From positions 1 to 64,000 of the forward strand of contig DF237088.1 of assembly GCA_000708835.1 (NCBI GenBank): a stretch of 64,000 nt of DNA, given 5' to 3'. This document shows positions 24,066 through 37,590 of the stretch, piece after piece (positions within the stretch are counted from its first letter, which is position 1; each line of letters opens with the position of its first letter). The notes under the pieces are model-generated. The model was given only the letters and a program-made list of their open reading frames with translations. It ran no database searches and was not told where the DNA came from. The translations under genes and the position numbers were made by a program. This stretch comes from Klebsormidium nitens. Lineage: Eukaryota > Plantae > Klebsormidiophyceae.

Positions 24066-24992
24066 CTTAGGGTATACTTGAGGACAAAATCTGGAGATCT
24101 GGAACAATTTCAGTGGTATTTGGACGTCCTGGTGCTGCAGGAGGTGAATCAATGTTTCCAAGGTCTTAGCGATGCCTGAGTCTGCTGAGGAGCATCTTAT
24201 AGCTTGAGATCTATTCACGATGCAATCAACTTGTGAGTAGTATCACTTTTGGTCGGCCATAATATACAAGAACCTACGGCGCTTGGCCGCGGCGCCACAC
24301 ACCGCCGCGGCCGGCGCCGTGTGCGGCCGCGCGCCTTGGGTCATTCTCAGCGTCGGGGTTTAGGGGGGTTTACAGCCACCTGATTCACTCGGACAAAATG
24401 TGCGCGCACCGCTTTCTTTGTCGGGTGGCCAACTCCAGGCGAACAGATTGCAATGCTTGGCTGGCTCGGCTCGGGCTCGGCTCATTATTTAGCAATCTGC
24501 TCATGCATCACATCACATTGCAGAAAGCTGAGGTGGCCGGGATATAAGAGTGGTACAACTACTGTTTGCATAAGTGGTGCATTCGTCACTGGTTACAGCT
24601 GTAGTAGGTCCTAGCGGCAGCCCCAGCCCGGGCCGACGTGGCGTGAAGATAACGTGAAGATACGGGGCCGGGGAGATACGACGGCAAGCAATGATTCTCC
24701 CGTCAGACGGCTTTTCAAGCATCCGCTTTCCTTGAAGGTGATTTGTTACCTTAGAAAATTGAGGCGTTCAGCATCTGTCCCCAATGCAAAGGCACCTAGC
24801 TCAAAGAATAAAAGAAGACTATGCCACAATGCCCCTTTGAATCAAATGCACACCTTGCACAACAGTCACAAGATGTATCCACAAGCAGTTTTACAGCTAC
24901 CCGAGTGCTGACAATGACATACAAGCTATGTAAATATAGGTTCGGTATTGAGAGGCCCTGAGCGCCTCATAGTTTGCTCGGGGCATACTTCA

Positions 24993-27900
24993 ATGGAGGC
25001 TTTCAAAGAACTGTACGTTGAGAAATGCAGAGACTTCCTGTGTGAACCGATCAGCCTTCTGACCGAAGCGTTGCAAAGGGCAATTGAGAGCAGGTGCGCT
25101 GAACTTCTCATTGTTGTGGAGAGCATGGCAGTCCAACTATAATGCAGCTCCCCATGACAAAAGTCATGCGCTGCCCTTTGTTTATTGTCAAACAGAGCTG
25201 ACCGGTTGGAAAGTCAGTCCGGCAGATTTCGAGAGGTTGAAGGACTGCGCACAAGTGCCAATTCAGTTGTGGTTAGAAGGGAGTTCTTAAAAAGGGCTCT
25301 GGCAGGTATGCACAATTTATGCAAAGCATATCATGCCCCGGGTTTGTTGACTTGCTGCCATTGCGTCTGACAGGAAGCCTCTGACCACTCTCAAGCTCAA
25401 TGGCAACAGGAAAGAGCTGTTTTCCAAGCGGCTCGAATACATGCAGGTAAACTTGCCACATACATCAACTTGGGATCTGACCTCAGAGCTATTTCAATCA
25501 GTAGCAGCACTGTCATCGGGCCATGGTGGTACATGTGCTAGTAGCATTTGGGAACTCGTTGACTCGGACCTCTCTGGAATTGTGCAATGGCTTGTTGCTT
25601 ACAAGAGTGCCACATCCGGATATTTTGCTGCAGACAAGAATACCCCGTATGCAGCCGCATTAAGAAGCCTTTGCAACACGTGTTGAACCTTTTGCTGTAC
25701 CACCACTCTGCAGGTCTTTGCTCTTACGGAGGCTCTTCATGACGAAACGCAGATCGTGTCCTTGGACCTCTCTTACAACAACATTGACGATGCTGGAGCC
25801 GCAACCATAGCGCGTCTCCTTAAGGTGTGCTCTCAATAGCCTCTACCTTTCATGTTCGTGATCAGATTGAAAGCAATCCCATGTAGGAATGTTTCTCCGT
25901 CTGGGAAGCGCGCAAAAGGCAGTACAGTCTGTTCGTTTGTCAGAGACCTTATACGCTGGCGTCTCTTTATCGAGCTGATGGATCCTGTGTTCCAGTTCAA
26001 CAGCAGTCTTCAGTCCTTGAACCTGGAACACAACAACATCACTGGAGAGGGTGTCAAACAGCTGGCGGCATCGCTGCAAGCGGCAGAGGGCGGAGGCCTG
26101 GCGCTGAGGTCACTGAACCTTAGAGGCAATCCACTAGAGGATGCGGGGGGCATGGCACTTGCTGATATGCTCAAGGTGCGTTCCTTTGGAGCCCAAACAT
26201 GGATATCATGTGATTCGTAGCAACAGTCATGGAAGGGGATCCGAGCTTACAGCAAATATAAGTAGATTCCTGGCCAAAAGTAATCTCAGGACGAGTGTTT
26301 CCAAGTAAAGCCTGGGTCGAAGAAGATAAGCCTACAAGAAAAGGCGCGTCAATGGCAAAGGGCGACCTGATCACGATCATAGATTTGTCCGAAGCTTGAC
26401 TCATAAAGTGAGGGGAAAAGCTGGTACCAATTGTGCCGTCTTGGGGCATCTTTACAGGTCAATCGAGTCTTGCGAAGCTTGGACATCGGAGACACCCAGA
26501 TTGGCACCAAGGTCAGTGGCCAGTGAGATTTGCAGCGGGGCCCCGCAGACAAATGGTTCTTTGAACAAAATTTTCTCCAAGGCGAGGCTGCACTTTCCAG
26601 GCCCGATTCTAAGCACCAATAATCTTGCTTACTTTGGTTGTTTGACCACGTCGTATGGCATGGGCCCTTCCTGGTGCGTGAAGAAGCTTAGGGCTGCAGA
26701 GGACCGCTCTCGACATTATCTAGTGTCACCCCGCTAACTGAGCGGAGCTTCTGATGCAGTCGGTGATCTACATCGCCAACGTACTGCAGCAATCGAACAG
26801 GGCGCTCCAAAAGCTCAATCTCGACAACCCGCGGCTTTTCAGCCTGCAGGTAAATGTGATAGTCAAAGGGCCTAATCTTCTTATAGCATTCTTGCCACTT
26901 CATCTTTTCTTTGATACAGCTATCCAATCTGCCGGCGGCTGCTTGTAAGACGGGGTTGCACAAATCCGACATCTGATGCCGGGTTTTCCGGGCTAAGTAC
27001 TTGGGCTGGTGACAAGGCCGTCAGTTCCGTGTGCAGGAAGAGACCGCGAGTCACATCGCAAGAATGCTGGCAAACACCTCCAGCCTGCAAGAAGTCAAGG
27101 TACGTTCGATTCGCAAGGCGCTTCCATACAGACTTTTGTTTGGAGTGAGTGCAACTTCGAGCGCAATGAGTCTTGCAAACAGACTTTACAATGCGCTTTG
27201 CCAGGCCGGACTTTTGGACCGCCAGGAAGCGTACTTATGAGAAGCTTTAAGTGACTCTAGAGGGCAGGAAGTAGTTGAGTGCATTCTCGCACTGTTGATA
27301 TTACCTGCATTCAATTTGTGCAGCTGGGCAAGCATGCCATGCGGGACGCGGGGCTTGAGACTCTCCTCACCTACGGAATGATTCGAAACAAGTCGATCGA
27401 CTCCCTTGACCTTAGATGGTGAGCGGCAGCCGTCTCGACCACTCAAGCTTCTTTATTTGCTGAGCAACTTACGAGAACTCCACTTGCTTCTGTTCTCTGC
27501 ATCCTCTTCATCCCTGTTCTCTGGCCTATAATGACACTGGAGCACTGTGCTTGGACGAAGTGACAACAGACAACCTCTCTGAAAGTACAAGTCTTTGTTT
27601 CGCCTGCTGCAGTAACCAGATATCAGAAACCTCCGCCGCAAACCTTGCGCGCCTTCTCGGCGAAAGCCCAAACCTCCGAACCCTAAACCTCGCATGCAAC
27701 CGGATAGGCGACGCGGGCGCGGCCGGCCTTGCAGAAGGCCTGCTGCTCACTCCGTCCCTGACCAGGTACGTCTCCAGCCTTCCACTATACCTTGCTTGAA
27801 TGGCAGCTGAATTGGAAGATTGCATGTCCCCGCATCGCTTTCTGACTGTCAATGGGGCTTTTGAAGGCTTGCGCTGAGACTCGTCAGACGGTTTGGTCAC

Positions 27901-29193
27901 CATTTACTTTTGCTTGGGGTCTTTCAGGGATTTGCTTGGCACGCATCCTCTTTGACATCATCTCGAGTTTCCTCTCAGAAAGCAGGAGACATAGCTGTAA
28001 CGCAGATAAGGCTGTCCTGCAAACGTAATATAGTCGCTCGTTTGGGCCAAACCAAAGCGTCCTCGGAGCGGTCTTAGAAGGAAGAGCAGACCGTCTTTGC
28101 CCCCCCTCGTTTGTAGAACCTGGCCCGCAAAGACATGACCTTTTTTACTGCGTCAACAAGTCGTCCATCTTCTCATGCGTTTGTCCCCTTCTCCTTCGCA
28201 CGTGCAGTCTGGACCTTTCTCACTGCTCCATCAAAGATTCGGGGCTGCTAAGCATTGCGGAGGCGCTTAAACTTAACCGAACGGTGAGACGAATGCAAGC
28301 AAGCGACGAGAGTGAAGCCCCATATCAAAGACAACTTGAAACAAGACCTTCTGGAGTGCTCATCGTTTCATAGCACTTCACACCCGTGAAAGCATGTTGA
28401 TTCTCAGGATGTTGGTTGGACGAACTGTAGGAGATTGTCTAATTGTACAGCCGTGACAGTTTTCTGCTGGTTACATTCGCAGATTGGCCAGTTAGTCTGA
28501 AGTCAGAGCCACTGGTCTCGCTCCTGGCCTACGTGGTGTTTGACACTACTCGAGGGAGAGGTCTCGATAGCGACGATTGGCGAAGTCACACTTGGTATCC
28601 GTCCAGGTACCTCCGAACTTACGTTGGAGCAGTAATGTTGACTGCATCCGAAGCTAGTCTTACAGCTGCTTGTATGTCCGTCCCTTGCAGGTCATACACT
28701 TAAAACTGTGGGGGAACGAGTTCGGACAAGCGGCTGCCGCGGCTTTTGACGCGCTATTTAAAGACGTAAGCCAAGTTGCTCACACTTTACTCCCTTGCTA
28801 GTAAAACCGTTGACTTCCGCGGCTGAAGATCTGGCTGAAGGACGGCTGGCTACAGAGAAACGCTCCTTGTGTTTAGCCAGACGCTTTTCCTGGCAGCTGA
28901 CATCATTGTTTTAGCAATCATGGACCACAGAAGATGTTGAAGATTCTGGAGCCTGCAGGCTCTCATCAAATGAATCACTCCATGTACTAGGTCTGACACA
29001 TCATGATACTTTGCGAAGAAGAAGTGGCAAAAAGTGGCTGGAGCGTTTAGAGGCAGAGGCTACCATGTGGCCACGTTCTTTCTTCTCTTTGCAGAAACAG
29101 CGTCCAATACTCAAGATCGACTTCATGCTCTACTCCGTGGATGGTCAGTACCAGGTCGCACAGAAGCAGGCTCCTTCCTAACCGGCTGTTGAC
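24993..29193 (+). CDS. LRRC34: RNI-like leucine-rich repeat protein, LRRC34 homolog, 12 exons, 389 aa
   Basis: Exons 24993-25093, 25374-25446, 25714-25824, 25996-26175, 26458-26511, 26760-26849, 27037-27099, 27324-27418, 27613-27765, 28208-28283, 28691-28765, 29095-29193 total 1170 nt in one frame. LRRs LDLSYNNIDDAGA, LNLEHNNITGEG, LNLRGNPLEDAG; features resembling LRRC34 as recalled: QEETASHIARML, LGKHAMRDAG, LKLWGNEF, YSVDGQYQVA. Confidence 0.88.
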
Positions 29194-30049
29194 CCACTTG
29201 CTCGTGCCAGACCTTTTTTCGCTCCTTGTCGCAAAGCCTGGTCTTCAAAGATTTCATTTATGATTCTCCAGGACTTACGCATGCGTGGTCTCGTGATGAT
29301 GTTAAAAATTGTGGATTTAACGGGTCAACTAATGCAATTCTGGAGAACAACGACGTTCCATTTCAGCGTAAAAGTTCGCAAAATGTGTCCCATCGGACTC
29401 CAGGCCACGTTCCAACCGGCCGGTCGCCGTGACGGGTTGAGCCTTGGTTTCTTTTGACCCACTTCGATTACAGTTCTTGTGTACTTTTGAATGTCTGAAC
29501 TCATATTCATGAATTCGGGACAGCCGTTATGACTTACGAGGAACTATGCCGACAATGGATGGGACGCTAAAATCCTACACAATTAAAATGACATCGAGCA
29601 ATGGGCTACTAGCTGCGTGCATGCCAGTAGTAAAGCCTTTCCCCAATCATCGACCTGTTCAAACCAATGATTAATTATGATTTTGTGATGTCCCCGCCGA
29701 CTGTGTTAGAAAACTTGCCATCCAAAGCGTGGGCATCGAACTATCGAACAACGAAACGACATGGAAGCAAAGCAAGTGCCAGGGGAGAAGTCGTGAAAAG
29801 TACCTGTACCACCTTAGGAGAACATTGGAGTCAGTCACCACTATTCTGCACGTCGAGTATATCTTGGCCCAATGCTTGCAGAGCGCCTCAGGCTGATCAG
29901 GCTTTACAGTTGAGCAGTTAGGGGGGATATGTAGCTTAACACGCATGCATAATACGCTAATCACTGATTTGCCGAAGTTGGATACATCCTGCTATCTTGA
30001 GCATCACGAGAGAAGAGTACTACCCACGAGTAGACCTACTAGTACACTA

Positions 30050-30700
30050 CTAGTTGAGATGCACTCGGCGTTTGCCTTTCGCATTGTACAGTATAGTAAG
30101 GGCATAGTACATGCAGTAATATCGCGTAGTGCCAAGTAGGTACGGACGTTCGATGCCGGCCGCCGGCCGGGGCGGCGGGCGCGTATGAAAGCTGGCGGCC
30201 CGGCCCGCATTGTAAGCGGCGCATATGCCGCGGCACACATTGTGCAATGATGTGGACAGTGGAATCCGAGTGTACCAATCATTGCATGCTCTTACTGGTC
30301 TGCCGGACTGTTCCGTCTCGCTGACGAGTAGGTCGGCCCGGGGCTTCATTACGGGCTGCAACAAGTTGCGGGCCTTCAGGAGTTGGACATGCAGGTAAGC
30401 ATTCGTCAGGGCCTTCGTGATCTACCGGCGTAGCTACGAGACTCCAGAGGTCGGTGGTGCCCCCCAGGGAAGATGAGCTGGGGCCCGCCGCGCCCCATGC
30501 AGCGCCGAGCGGATGCCGAGGCGCCCGGTTGCTTGCAAGCCGGGCACAATGGTGTCGGGAGCCCATTCAGGAATCTGGAATCTAGCCTGGGGATTCCTTT
30601 GCCGAGGAATCTCTTGCATGATTGCGTAGATTGATATCAATGGGAGCAGGGCACAAGTCGGACCGCCATGCAGGGCAGCAATATCAAAGTTACTGCAGCT
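30050..30700 (-). pseudogene. Decayed coding-like frame of unknown family
   Basis: One frame of about 200 codons (CSNFDIAALHGG...RFQIPEWAPDTIVPG...GVS*LRR*ITKALTNAYLHVQLLKARNLLQP...) broken by two TAG stops, with exon-like splice signals upstream at 30700-30955. Confidence 0.25.
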
Positions 30701-31042
30701 GAAGTAGGTACGTCGTACCGAACTCCCGAAGGCATCTCTGGAGCGCCCCGCATAAGATGATTCGCCTGTGCTTGGCTATCTTTCAGTCAAAGGGGATGGC
30801 TGACGTCCAACGCTCCTGGGCAGGGGACCAAAGTCGAGAGCCCATCAATGTCGATCCAACGTCACCTCACCTCAAATGCGGAGTAAGAGTGCTCACGTTC
30901 GTTTTTGAGCACGACTGGTGCACAATATCAGCCCTGCACACATCGATGCCGCCTTCCTGCAGCTGAGACGCATTCGGATCGGACCTCAGGAGAGCTGAGC
31001 ACTTGTGCAGCTGATTGAAGCCCCTGTCTTCAGTCAGGCGCC

Positions 31043-34000
31043 ATGGCTCTTCCTGGGCTGCTCCTCTTCTCCTTGGCCCTGGTGCTGGTCGGTGTCGTTT
31101 CCGCTCAACATCCGCTGAACACCCCGAACCCCAGCATCAAGTACCCGACCCAACCCCCGAGGCAGAACCCCTTCATCAAGCCCCCTGGTGCGGGGTACGG
31201 CATCCAAACACAGCGCCCCTACAACATTGCGCACAGAGGTGAGAAGGTCGAGCTGCGGCTCTCTTAAAGTTGCAATCCTGGCCCTACACTGCTAATCAAG
31301 CACCACATGGCCCTGCTTGAGGTTGGGCGCAGAATGAACAAGTTCGTCTAAGTATGGGGGGAGGCAGCTTGGGGTTCTTTGCTTCCTGTCAACAGAAAGT
31401 GAGGCCGTACTATCCTCAATTGAAGCTTCGTGAACCACCTCAAGTGACCACAGTAGACTGCAGGAGGCATCCTGTAACGATTCCATCAGGCGAGTCTTGA
31501 GGATGACTAAGTAATTTGAGTCCCGGACAGGCCTTGTTTGCAAGTCCTTAAAGTTGGACATATTCACACTTACTTGCTTGCCCAACTGTTCATGAGGGCT
31601 TCTTGTGCCAGAACTAAGGACCAACTACGGATCTTGGCTGGTAAATGTCCATGTCAGGCATTATCTTATGTCGCCCCCATCTTTCATGGCACAGGTGCTA
31701 ACAACGTGTACCCTGAGGAGTCTGAGCAAGCTTACAAGGTGAGTCCTTGCATCGCACCTCTAGATATCTTTCCAAACATTACTCACTCTTCTGACATCCT
31801 GTCTTTAAATGGCTGTACGTTTGCTTGGAACCATACTATGTCTTTTTGCATGACAGTCCCTTCAATACAGCCTTTGATGATTGTTGTTTTAGGACTGCAT
31901 ACAGGCGAGCTGATATACATCCACAGCTCAAAGCATCATACCCCTTCTTGTACCGCCTGTTGAAACTTATGACGTCTTCTTTTGTTGGGGCAGTGATCTC
32001 CTTCAAGGCGCAAACCCCAAGAGAGACGAGCCAAGACTTCCTAACTTGCAGCAAAGGTCCTGCTAATCAGTCTGTCGTCTCCTTGCAGCTCGCCATTGAT
32101 TTGGGCGCTGACTTCATCGAGTCGGACATCCAGGCCACTAAGGACGGCGTCCTGGTCTGCTTTCACGACATTGGGCTGAACCTCACAACTGATGTTTCTA
32201 CCAGGCCCGAGTTTGCAAGCAAGCTGACGACATACAATGACATCACTGGTAGGGCAGGAGCTAACTCTGTCTTAGGCAATCCTCAGTTGTGTGAATGCAG
32301 CTTGCTTTGCAAGTGACTGTCTGTCTGTGGGAGGTGCCTCATCTGTCATGCTCTTTCATGAGACATCTTCAACAGCAGGACCTTTCCTTTGGAACTACAA
32401 TGCTGGATCTGCAGAACCCCGCTCGTAGGCTCCTGCTAAAACCAAGTTTCTTGCACCTATTCCAGGTGGAGATGGGACCAACACTGACTGGTTCTTGGGT
32501 AAGCATCGGTATTCTCAATGTTCATCTCTTATCTCATGCTTTCGATACTGACTTGGCACCACAAGGAAGTTGAGTTGTTCGTTGCTTCCGAGGTTTGGTG
32601 CAGATCTTTCTGAGATGCTGCCAACAGTAATCAAGCGTATCGCTTAGCATGCCTCAACTGCTCAAAGTGGTGCTCATGACAAGCGTTGTGATCGCTCTTG
32701 CAGTCGACTTCACTTATGACGAGCTCAAGACGCTCAAGCTGAAGCAGCGGTTCCCCTATAGAGACCAGTCTTTCAATGGTAAGCCCCATAGCATCGGTCA
32801 AATGGATCAGGGAACAAGAGATTTGTCGTCCACGAGACTACGAATGTGTTAGAAGCTGGACAGCGGTGCAGATTGGATCAAACAAAGACACAAAGCACTT
32901 TGAGAAAGCAATATAGGTAGTCCCCTTTTGAAACATGATTTGAGCTGAAACAATTTATCAAGATCGGATGTAACCATAAGGCAAGGTTATGACGTTCTTA
33001 AAGCACAACCAACTTGGCCAGCACATTTGCGAGGCTCAGCTGCACCTGCAAAATAGTATGGAGCAGCAAGCGTTTGTCTGGGCACGGCATAGCGTGTCTC
33101 GCTTGTGCTGGCAGGCCAGTTCTCGATCATCACTTTCGAGCGGTACATCCAGATTGCGCAGGAGGCCAACCGAGTGGTCGGCATTTACCCAGGTGATATG
33201 GAATTCTCAACACCAGCTTCACAGAAGTGCTCATCCATTCAGAGACGACCGATCCATAGCAGCTTCTTATGGCCGTTTTCGCCTTCTTGCCGATCGAACG
33301 TTGCGCATAGTGATTGTTTTGAAAGGAGCGGGTGCAATGCGAAGGGGATGCAAAGGAAACGAAATGATGAAGTCTAATACATAGCTCAAAAATGCTTCGC
33401 ATTTAACATGGGAATGCTGAAAGGAATATAGTGCTCAGCTATGCCTGTCCGTTTCTTGCAGAGATCAAGAGCCCTCGCTTCAACAAGGCCCACGTGCAGG
33501 TACGTTCGTTTGCAATGCCCTCGAGCGCCATGTGAAGAGTGATCACTTGGATTCAGACCGGCCTGATCTTGTCACTGGTTCCTTCGTCCGCAGAGTCCCC
33601 TCCTTCGCTCACAATCCACTGATTTTCTCTCATTGGCTGCTTCTACGATCCTCCATCCTCAGACCACTCTTTCTTGCTTCACAAATCTTATGTGCTGCAG
33701 TTTCCCGGAGGCAAGAGCTTCGAGCAGGCGGTCGTGGATCTTCTGAACCAGTACGGCTATGGCGGGCCCTACCTGACCGACAGGTGGCTGGCCAAGCCGC
33801 TGTTCATCCAATGCTTCGCTTACACGTCGCTGCTCGAGGCCAAGAAGTACACCGACTCGCCCCTCGTCTTTCTGTACGACTCGCTGGACGCTCGCACGCA
33901 GGACACCAACGAGGTAACGAAACCAAGCCTAAAATAAATTTGGTCAGGCCTCGCTGAGCTGGTTTTCAATTAAACGAATCGGGTTGAGACTTGGTCGAAC

Positions 34001-35222
34001 GTCCCTAACCAGACCCGCCAGCGGCTGATCTAATACTCTGGGCCAGGGCTGCTTGCGCAAACAGGCAAGCTTTAGTTGCTCAGGTTTCTTTGAAATATTT
34101 CACACTCGTCCTGCCCGGCCGATCATCGGACCGTCTCGTTGTTGTTCAATAGACAGGCGTCCCATCCTTGCTGAGGATTGTAGTCGGACGCTCGCAGACG
34201 TACGCTAGCCTTTCTACGGACGCTGCTTTCGACATGCTGAAGTCCATTGGCGTCGTGGGATTGGGCCCGTACAAGGCCAATATCCAGCCCATCAATACGA
34301 CCACGAACTACTACTCTGGCAAGCCCAACGACTTTGTCACGCGCGCGCACAACAAGGGCTTCGAGGCACGTAATACGAACCTAGTGTCCTCCTCCCTTTC
34401 TCCTAAGGGTCCTGATTGAAATGGTGGAGCATTGCTGGTGTGTTTTATTCTGTAGTCAAACCTTTTTGCTCTGATTGAGATCGTCCTTGAACGGTCCAGG
34501 TTGCTGATTGGAAGATTCAAGCACTCAAGCTGAAGGTAGATTCTCCGTCAGAATCGGTTGTTGTTGCGTCTCCCCTCGCAAAAGCCTGCTCATAGAATAC
34601 GGTGGCCTTACCTGCGGCTTTTGTGCATCCGCAGGTGCACCCGTACACTTACCGTGCGGACACCCCTCAACTGGTCTTTGATCTCCACGGCAACTTCTTC
34701 AACGAGTTTATCTACTTCGACAAGGTCATTGGCGTGGTGAGTTATCATTGATTATCCATTCCATCAGCGAAAGCGGCAGGGCTGCAAAGATAGATATGTT
34801 GTGAGCGCTGCAATCTGCTTGCCCTTAATCGACACACTGTCTCGCCATTGTCTGCTTCTCCCGTTGGCTTCCGGACTCACACCCAATGCTTTCAGATTCG
34901 ACATTTGCGCAACTATTCAAAGAACGAAGTTGACGTTATTGCTTGCAGGACGGGTTCTTTACTGACTTCACCGAGTCAGCGTTCCAGTGAGCATCACTCC
35001 CTTGAGCAACGCATTCTTATACCAGCTCTCTACATGGAATCTCAGAGTCGTTTCTGCCCATTCTCATGCTGATTATTGTTGCAGCCTTATTCTCAGCCCA
35101 GTGCAGGTGAAGCAAGGTTCTGCACAGATTACAAGTCTTTCTTTATATGGTGCAGGTACCTCGAATGGACGCATCCCATCTTCACCAAGTCCGATATCTA
35201 CCAAACTCTCATTTTTCAGTAG
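31043..35222 (+). CDS. GDPD: Secreted glycerophosphodiester phosphodiesterase (plant GDPD5/6-like), 13 exons, 403 aa
   Basis: Exons 31043-31238, 31695-31738, 32089-32248, 32466-32498, 32704-32778, 33115-33192, 33462-33499, 33701-33913, 34198-34365, 34635-34736, 34949-34986, 35156-35222 (12 listed segments, 1212 nt in frame). Signal peptide, [63 protein letters not shown]. One GC-AG intron is required. Confidence 0.95.
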
Positions 35223-37590
35223 TTACTCACAATGAAAGTTCTGACTAGCTTGCTCTGGAACATGTTATTTATAACCTACAGTGACTCAATCAAATATAGA
35301 AGCTCTGCAAAACGGAGAGGCTTTACACGGTAGCCTAGGCGTGTTGATAGTTCTCAAAGGATGGCCGTTTGGGCTGAACACGTTTTTGATGGCAATGCAT
35401 GGTTGCCCACTTCCTTTTCAGCGAAAGATACGCTAATATCATCTATCTTTGGGTTTCGGCAACAGCTCTTAATGAAGATCTCCGCCACTCATGTCTTTTC
35501 CGCATGATTGAAGTGTTGAGATTAGACAGCTCCGACTCATGTTTGAGGCGCCGTCGCCTGTTGTTGATTAGCTAGCATTGATGTGTTCTACGATAAACGA
35601 GAGCCTGACCAACAACTTCCATGTTTCGTAAGCCGCATGCGATTGTGATCAGCATTCGCGGATAACAACAGTCGATAATGATTGTATAAAAGAAGGTTTT
35701 GTTTCATTTTCCATTGATCATGATTCCCTGATTCCACTCTACATGGATACATGGCCGGCATTTGACATATACTTAGTAGGTTTCTCCACCGCAAACTCGC
35801 AACTCAATCAACTCGAAGGGTGATCCATGAGAATACATCTTGTTGCCGAACATGCCGGGCGTTCTCGTATAGTGCTGCAGAACCGGAATGACTCGATGAG
35901 GCGCACGTACCCAACTTCGAGTGCTTGTACAAGATCCTGCCGCGACCAGTGGTTATAAGACCACAAATTAGGCTGGACCCATCCGGCCGGCCACTAGCTC
36001 CAGCAATATCATTTCCCTGATATGTCACTCTACAAGATCTGTCGTTAGGACCTTAGAGTCAAACCTTGCGCAACCCGGTATGTGCAACTGCACCGTCAGT
36101 ACCACAAATGTTGTGCACGCATCATAGATGTAAAATTCTACCACTTGCCCCAATATACTCAAGGCAGAAAAGAACAATTTGACCTTCTGCTGATGGAGGG
36201 AGCTCCAGTTTGTCAGACCTTTTCAACGGGAACGATCTTTCGAGCTGCCACTCGAGCCTTTAGCTCCCGGACCTCTCGTCGTGTTTGTCGACTGTCTGTG
36301 TCGGCCAGTGTAGAACGTATTCTCTTTGCACGTGCCTGGCTTGCGCGCCTCTGTGATGAAACACCACATGCACCTTATCAGACAAATCATAACCCGTGAT
36401 TGATCAACAGTATGATTGCATCTCGGAAACTGAGCACAAAAATTTTCCAACAAAGCAGGTCGTCTCCCTGTGAGGATCTCTGTCGCTCAAGATGCAGCTT
36501 TCTGAAGTGCAGGAAATTGATGTGGAAAAAAGCCCGACAATTGCTCGAGAGCGGTGCAAGGAAAACCATGCTGACGTACCAGAAACTATTAGCGCTTCAC
36601 CTGTAGCAAGTAAAGCCGCCGCCTGAGCCTGATTGTCTCGTGAGTGCGAACGCCCATCAAAAGCTCGGTGGTGCTCGCGCGTGCCAGCTCCAAAGACACT
36701 TCCTGGTCTCCCCTTCTCTCTGCGTAAGGGAACGCGTTGGCTTAGCAACCTACTTGCATGGTCAGTAAATAGGCCGCTCACTTTTCTGTGAAGCACTCAG
36801 CTTCGGACTGCGATATCAGTACCTTCTCCGGCAAGGCTTTTTGATCCGCGTTCACTCCGTGAGGCCGGGCAGTAGGGTAAGACACAGTAAGACAAACTTT
36901 CTGAAAGAGTAGCAAAATGAAGCAATATCAGTAAAATATGCACGCCTTACGATCAGATTGCGAGCGAGGTGCAAGAAAGACACGCGTCACGTTTCTAGAG
37001 TATCCAGGCTGTTACGTTCCTAAAGGTTTGAACGTTGCTTTGCAGGCTTACCTTCAATGACGAGCCGCTTAAAGCTCTCAATGACGTCATGTACGGACTG
37101 CCGCTGCTTTGGCCGCGTGCCACGTGGAAGCTGCCCGGCTGCGGCCGCGCCCATCTCGAGCGCCTGGATGGCACGTGCCGTCTCTTCGTCCCTGTCACAA
37201 TGAACGTCCGAGGCGTAAATAGAGCATCATTTTACATGGGTAGATTCCGCTTCAAACGTCTACTTTATGTACAAGGGGAAACTCAAGCATGCTCTGCTCC
37301 CTGCAACTCGCATGAGCGGCGACGGCGCTTTCCGACCCAGCCTTACATGCATTCAAAGTGCGGAACGAGTGTTGATCCTTTGCATGAAGAAGCATGCAGT
37401 CCCCCGCTTGCCACCTAAACCAGCAAACGCAAATGCCATACCGCGCTCTTCGCTGGGCGCTTTCCAACCAAACGGTTTCTGAGCTCCTAGGCATCTCTGC
37501 CACTGCTTATTCGCTTTTGACAAGTCACCAGATCGTGAACGACCAAACGTTCGACACGTCACTTCTTTCCTAGCAAGCGTCGCAGGACGC

